Below, one piece after another: positions 59,036 through 64,000 of a stretch of DNA of 64,000 nt; the stretch's first letter is position 1, and each line of letters begins with the position of its first letter. The notes under the pieces were generated by a model. That model was not told the origin of the DNA. It saw only the letters and a program-made list of their open reading frames with translations, and ran no database searches. Source of the DNA: Eutreptiella sp. 'Long Island Sound 2002' (Eukaryota; Protista; Euglenida); NCBI GenBank assembly GCA_964036045.1, contig OZ038379.1, positions 76,136,001 to 76,200,000 of the forward strand, read 5' to 3'. The position numbers were made by a program, and so were the translations under genes.

Positions 59036-60518
59036 ACCACTCTTTTTTGCTCTTTCCGTCTCCGGACAATCAAGAACCCGTCCTTAAACCTAGTCCTCCA
59101 GTCCCTATCAAACAACGTCCACCACTCAATATTAAGGGTGAACTAGACGTTGAGTGCCCAATAGTCATGTCTCTTTTCTGAACTTAAGAGCCAAGGTGGT
59201 GTCCTCCCAGTGGAGGTTATTGGCTTTGTCTTGGGTCTACCCGGTCCTGAGGGAGCCGCAGTACCTAACGTGGACAAAGGGGTGGCTTGAGTGTACTAAG
59301 GGCCTAAAATTTTGTCTAGGGTCTTGGCGGGTGCCGTTTTGGCCTGTTTTTTGGGTGTCTGTTTCTCAGTCTCCACATCTTATTGTGGTTGGTTCTCCTC
59401 CTCCTCTTCCACTTCCTCTTCGTCCAAACACCTTGCCCCGCTGCAAACCACGGGGAACCTTGACATCATGTCATCATAAATAGCATTCCATGACTTGGGG
59501 GGGGGGGGGGGGGGGCAGGTGTTCGCATTGGTGAAAAGGGAAAGCGTCAGGCAAACCCGGTGATGTAGAAAGCATGAGTATCCACATATTGGAGTACACC
59601 AACATTTCTCCCGCTATGGGCACATTTTGGCCCATTTTTCGCCCTCACAAGCCAACCCAATGCAGTCACAGGCCCCTAGCACTGCTGCTGTGAAGCCAAA
59701 GCCTACCACTCACAAGACGCGTGCTTCTTCTGAGCGGCTGCGCAAGCGCTGAGTTTGTTCCTCTGCCTTTGCATTGTCTGACAGTATGGAGGTTGGCAAA
59801 AGTTTCGGCCCGCCTCTCCATTTGCATGCCACTATGCACCTGTTCTTCAATTGTCTGCGATGAATTTTGTATGTTACGTTCAATCACATTGGTATATGCT
59901 TGTAATTGAGTATATTGCCCATCATATTGCCGCAAACTTTTAGAACCTGAGCCAAGCCCACAGTTTGTCTTCTTGTTCTCTTCGGGTACCTATTCTGCTG
60001 AGTGTATGAGAGATTTGCCTAGAGCTGGCAGAAGTTTTGGCCAGCTTTCCCTTTTCATTGAAATAGACTGAGGTATTTTGATGTTTCTTGAAGAGCTGGC
60101 AGAAATTCCGGCTAGCTCCAAAAAAACGTTAAATACAAGCATCCACTTCAGAGGTCCTTTTTTGGGGTAACAAGGTGTAGTGGATATTGCCTACAAGTTA
60201 CAGCTACTGGTGAAGTGTGCTAATGGGTTATGTTGGATCCAAGGGGTAACTGGCAATACTAGGCACCCCCCCCCCCCCCCCCACATATGATGTGTTGCTG
60301 AAGGTCTTGAGTGATCAAGATAACCTCCAGATATACAAATGGGATGAGAGCAGTCCGATTCAGACAAACATGCTCATTGCTGCGAGTGGCAAGCGCTGGA
60401 CAACCATCCTCAAAGATAGATAGGAGTGTTGGTCTGAATTCCACAGGCGTACCCGTTTCCCCATTCACAACATCACTGAATTTCTCACTCACAAATCTAT
60501 ATCGTTGACAGTTCAAAC

Positions 60519-61400
60519 ATGAATGATAAAAGGGGACGTCCTCTCGACGACCCGCAACCCTCCCATGATGTAGTCGCTATACCTCAAGCCAGCGCCTTAG
60601 ACACACCCCAGCAAGAAATCAAACGCCGGAGACTCGCTCCACGTAGTGAGTCTATGGAGGTACGGTATCTGAGACTCTTCCCGGCCACGACTTTCACTCA
60701 TGACATGCGTTTTGCCAGCACAGGCAAAACCATATTCGCCCACACTAGTCAAACAGTATACCCGCACTTGCGCAGGGATGATTTGGTGGTCCCGCCAATT
60801 TCCAGCAGAACCCTGTTTTCAATTTCAGCAACCGGCACAGGTTGGAGGTGCAGGTTGCCAACCCCGCTCCTTCACAACAAAGTGTGGATATGCTAGGGGT
60901 CTTGATCCATAATTTCACTCTAGAGGCTTCAGCTCAGTCAGGAAAACTTGACATCTCCCCAGCAAAGCCCAGGGACCTCACGGCAGTGTTCGCCAACATC
61001 AGTGTACGCTTGATTAGTAGTGTTCGTACACCCACATGTTCGCAACAACGATCCCGAGAGCCAAGAAAGCACAGACATGTTGACAAGCCCCACCAGATCC
61101 AGCTCAGTGAATGATCAAGCATCCTCCTCCTCCTTTCAAAGGAGAAGGACCGACACAGACCAGTCCCAATCCACTGATGACAGCCGTTTGCCTGAACGTC
61201 CCCGCAGAAATGCAACACGCACACAGCTTTATCAAAGTGCAAAAGAAGCCTCCCGTGAAAAGGAAAGGTGCAAGAAAACGCGAAGACGCACACCTCAAAA
61301 GCATAAACACACCCCCTACAACAGAGCCAGTAGCTATCGTGTTTACCATGCTGCAGGGACTCCACCTTTGCCGCAAGGCAAAGTTTCCCAGGACTTTCTA
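60519..61400 (+). other. Frameshifted coding-like remnant of unknown family
   Basis: Three overlapping ORFs (60519-60896, 60842-61114, 61020 onward) read as one protein-like chain ending in a basic S/R-rich tail. No motif was recognised. Confidence 0.25.
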
Positions 61401-63083
61401 CCTACCCACACCCGGTTCTCAATGATGATTTGCTGTGTGTTCCGAGAATGCTTGATTCTCATCATTTCTGATTTTTCCATTATGCCTCTGTACTCTCATT
61501 CTCTCGTTCTCTGTTGTTCGACACACACATTTTATTTGCACTGTGTTGCACTGTATTGCATCTATTGTATCCTGCAGTTTGACTGATAGTCTGACTGTAA
61601 GTGACTGTCTGGCCTTTTTAGCCAGACATGATATTTTGTCTTGCTGTTTCAGACACAGAGGTGTCATGAGGTTCAACCAGGTCAGGCATAGAGAATAAAG
61701 ATGCACTTATGCCTGACTGTAGAGTGCATTACCTCAAGTTTGCATTTCTTGCAGCACTGCCTGTCTGTTTTTCATTCAATCTCAGTCAACCTAATTAGGT
61801 CTCCCCCCCCCCCCCCCCCACATAGAAATCCACAAGTGTGTTTGGAAAAAGGCACCCTATTTTGCATCTTGGGGGCTCAATATTTCACGAAATTCTCTAC
61901 AGCTTGGTGACTAGATTTGCATATTGCTGAAATACGCTAATTTGTTTAGCCCGTTTCCCCCACTGAGAATAGCGCACCCCCAAAATGACACCCCGTTTTC
62001 AGTGTTTTTCATTGCACTCCAAAATGGTCTTCCGTGGGTCATATGGCCTGATGGGGGGTTAGTGACGCCTAGGTAGGGGAGGGTGTGTGGATTCAGACAC
62101 TTCGTCCTATGTGTTGCTTGCAGGGCCAATGTTTTGGCAGAGGTTGGGGATGAGTGGTGTCTGCTTCCAAACACATTGCTACCAAATCATACCTTAGAAA
62201 CCGTTCACATGAAAATCTGTCTGGTTCTAGACACTTTGACAAAAAAACCGATATGCATTTGCAAATAAAATCTGGCTTTTCCATACTGTTGCACATCACC
62301 CATAACAGTACAAGTGCACAGTACAGTGTCGTGAAAGGGGAGGACATACGACAAAAAAAGCTAAACAATTGCACCGTGTGTGCGGTGTTTGCCAAAAGTC
62401 AAGGTCAACGGTAGCAAGACTGCTGGAAGAAACGGAAGAAACGCACCGTGCTGCATTTCTTCTGGACTGGTGGAGTGAATTTGCATATTTACATCAATGG
62501 GCTTTGTTTTGCATTGTGTTGTTTTGCATGAGGGCGGCACGCACACAGGTGATGCTCTGGGCTGAACAGCCTTTGCAAGCCTTTCGTTCAGACCAAATTG
62601 ATGGTTGTCAAATCTTTGAAACCCCTCCACCCCCCAACAACAACCCCCCTTCAAGCCCCCTTCGAAATTTTGACATTCTACAAGCACAGGGCCGAAAAAG
62701 GGGTTACTTTTGCAGCACAGTGCATGCACATAGCACTTGATTGTGGGGGCAAATACACCCCCCCCCCCCTACGGGGGTAGGTAGTACGTCCCAGGAAAAG
62801 GTGCCACCACGGAGGTGATCCCCCCCCCCCCCCCCCGCCCCAGTGGTGTGGTGCGGGATTTGCCCTTGGCTTTGAGTCTCCACTGCGTCTGCGTGGGTGG
62901 CTGTCACCCCTGGGTGGGGTGGGCTGGTGCGGGATTCGATGGGGTGGGGTGGGGTGGGGTGGGGTGGTATGGTGTGGGGCGTGGCGTGGCCTGGCGTGAT
63001 CAATTGTTCACTGCGCTGCAACTCTGCACCTGCACTGCTGAGCCCTCTGTGCTATTATCGCCCATGTTTCCCCCCTCTTGCAG

Positions 63084-63758
63084 GTGCCCCCCTCCAGCCG
63101 AGACTACACCCCTTCTGGTGGCCGCTTCTCCAGCCCCTTCCAGGGCTCGTATCCGGTCCTGCACATGGAGGACTTCAACCAATCGTTGTTCTTCCAGCCA
63201 CCATCGGCTGCATACAGCCCTGACAGCACCCCGTTCCGCTACAGCAGCCCCCCCTATGCTTCTGTGCAGCAAGCACCCGATTGCATGAGCCCGTTCCCAA
63301 GTCCGGGTCCTGGGCACCGCTTCACAAGTCCCATCCCAGGGTACGACAAGGCCTGGGCCAACTATCAATACTACGGGCAGGAGCTGTTCCTGCAAGAGAC
63401 AGTGCAGATCCCATTCCCCTCGCTGTCATACTACAACAACTCGCACATGGTGTTCCCCCAGGTCTACACCGTGTCCTATGTTCAAGGCACCCCAGCCTAC
63501 CCTTCAGCCTCCGTGTCCTACAGCCAGGCCTCTGACCCTTCGGCCAGTTATACATCATCGTTTGCTGGCACCAACGCTACAGCCTCCACCCCAGCCTTTG
63601 GGGCCTCCTTCACCCGGCCCACGTACCCTCAGTTCCCGGCCACCGCTGCCTACAACCCCAACCCTGCGGGTGTTGCGGTCGGGGTTGGGGCAGGGGATGC
63701 TGCTTCTGCACTGAGAGGTGGAGCCCCGGTTCCTACCGCAGGGGGGCTGGCGCCAGAG
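63084..63758 (+). CDS. Probable exon 5 of the multi-C2/PEGA gene (Pro/Ser/Tyr-rich); ends at a donor at 63759 or runs to the stop at 63965
   Basis: Acceptor ccccctcttgcag/GTG, phase 0. The composition continues the YYQP/SP-rich end of exon 4. Candidate donor GAG/GTCAGA is also phase 0. Confidence 0.6.
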
Positions 63759-64000
63759 GTCAGATGTGTGGCCCCCGAGACTGTATCGGTGACCACGGGG
63801 GACCAGCGGGTCTCTAAGAAAATCAATGTCCGCCGGGGCTGTGGACGATGTCACTGTTGCCTTGCAGCCAACGCCCGGCACATGTCCACCATGTCCACTG
63901 CCCCCATGCCCTCCGCCACCAGCATGCCATCATCTAACCCCATCCCCCCCCGTATGACACTGTAGCCAGATGGGGCAGACCAGATACTGTCCAGGGGACA

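Noticed and set aside
1-64000. rRNA genes and prokaryotic operons or promoters
   Set aside because: No rRNA-like conserved segments, no operon-like gene density and no Shine-Dalgarno pattern. Most short ORFs in the track are by-products of GC-rich repeats.

Overview
Repeat-dense eukaryotic nuclear DNA, most probably from a euglenid (Euglenozoa). Two clues point there: a near-perfect genomic copy of the euglenid spliced leader at 31849-31873, and a degraded fragment of Euglena-type pyruvate:NADP+ oxidoreductase (PNO). Only one plausible intact host gene is visible. It is a + strand gene of five exons (25207-25520, 26854-27996, 30093-30506, 50538-52988, 63084-63758 or beyond) joined in frame by four phase-0 GT-AG introns of 1.3, 2.1, 20.0 and 10.1 kb. 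It encodes a protein of about 1,660 aa or more: C2, six copies of a YxxxYxDxxGRxxGxxGF(I/L)PP repeat, C2, C2, a PEGA-like domain, then a long Pro/Ser/Tyr-rich tail. Everything else, including the introns, is nested mobile or repetitive DNA. This includes a TIR/TA-flanked DNA transposon (2395-5012) with an unclassified DDE-like transposase and a second rearranged copy (12.3-13.8 kb), a RAG1/Transib-like transposase pseudogene (15.4-17 kb) and a Penelope-like RT (8.4-11.1 kb). There are also three tyrosine-recombinase (DIRS/Ngaro/VIPER-type) retroelement remnants, RNase H-bearing LINE remnants, a foldback element, a hAT MITE with an 8-bp TSD, a tRNA-derived SINE-like unit, and several hairpin-rich satellites. 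The most striking observation is an intronless, spliced-leader-headed chimeric retrocopy with a second relic leader in tandem, carrying PNO domains I-II, inside intron 3 of the C2 gene. Most ORFs in the supplied track are spurious products of GC-rich repeats. All family assignments come from motif recognition by eye and from memory; no database search was run. Frameshifts at homopolymer runs could partly be sequencing errors.
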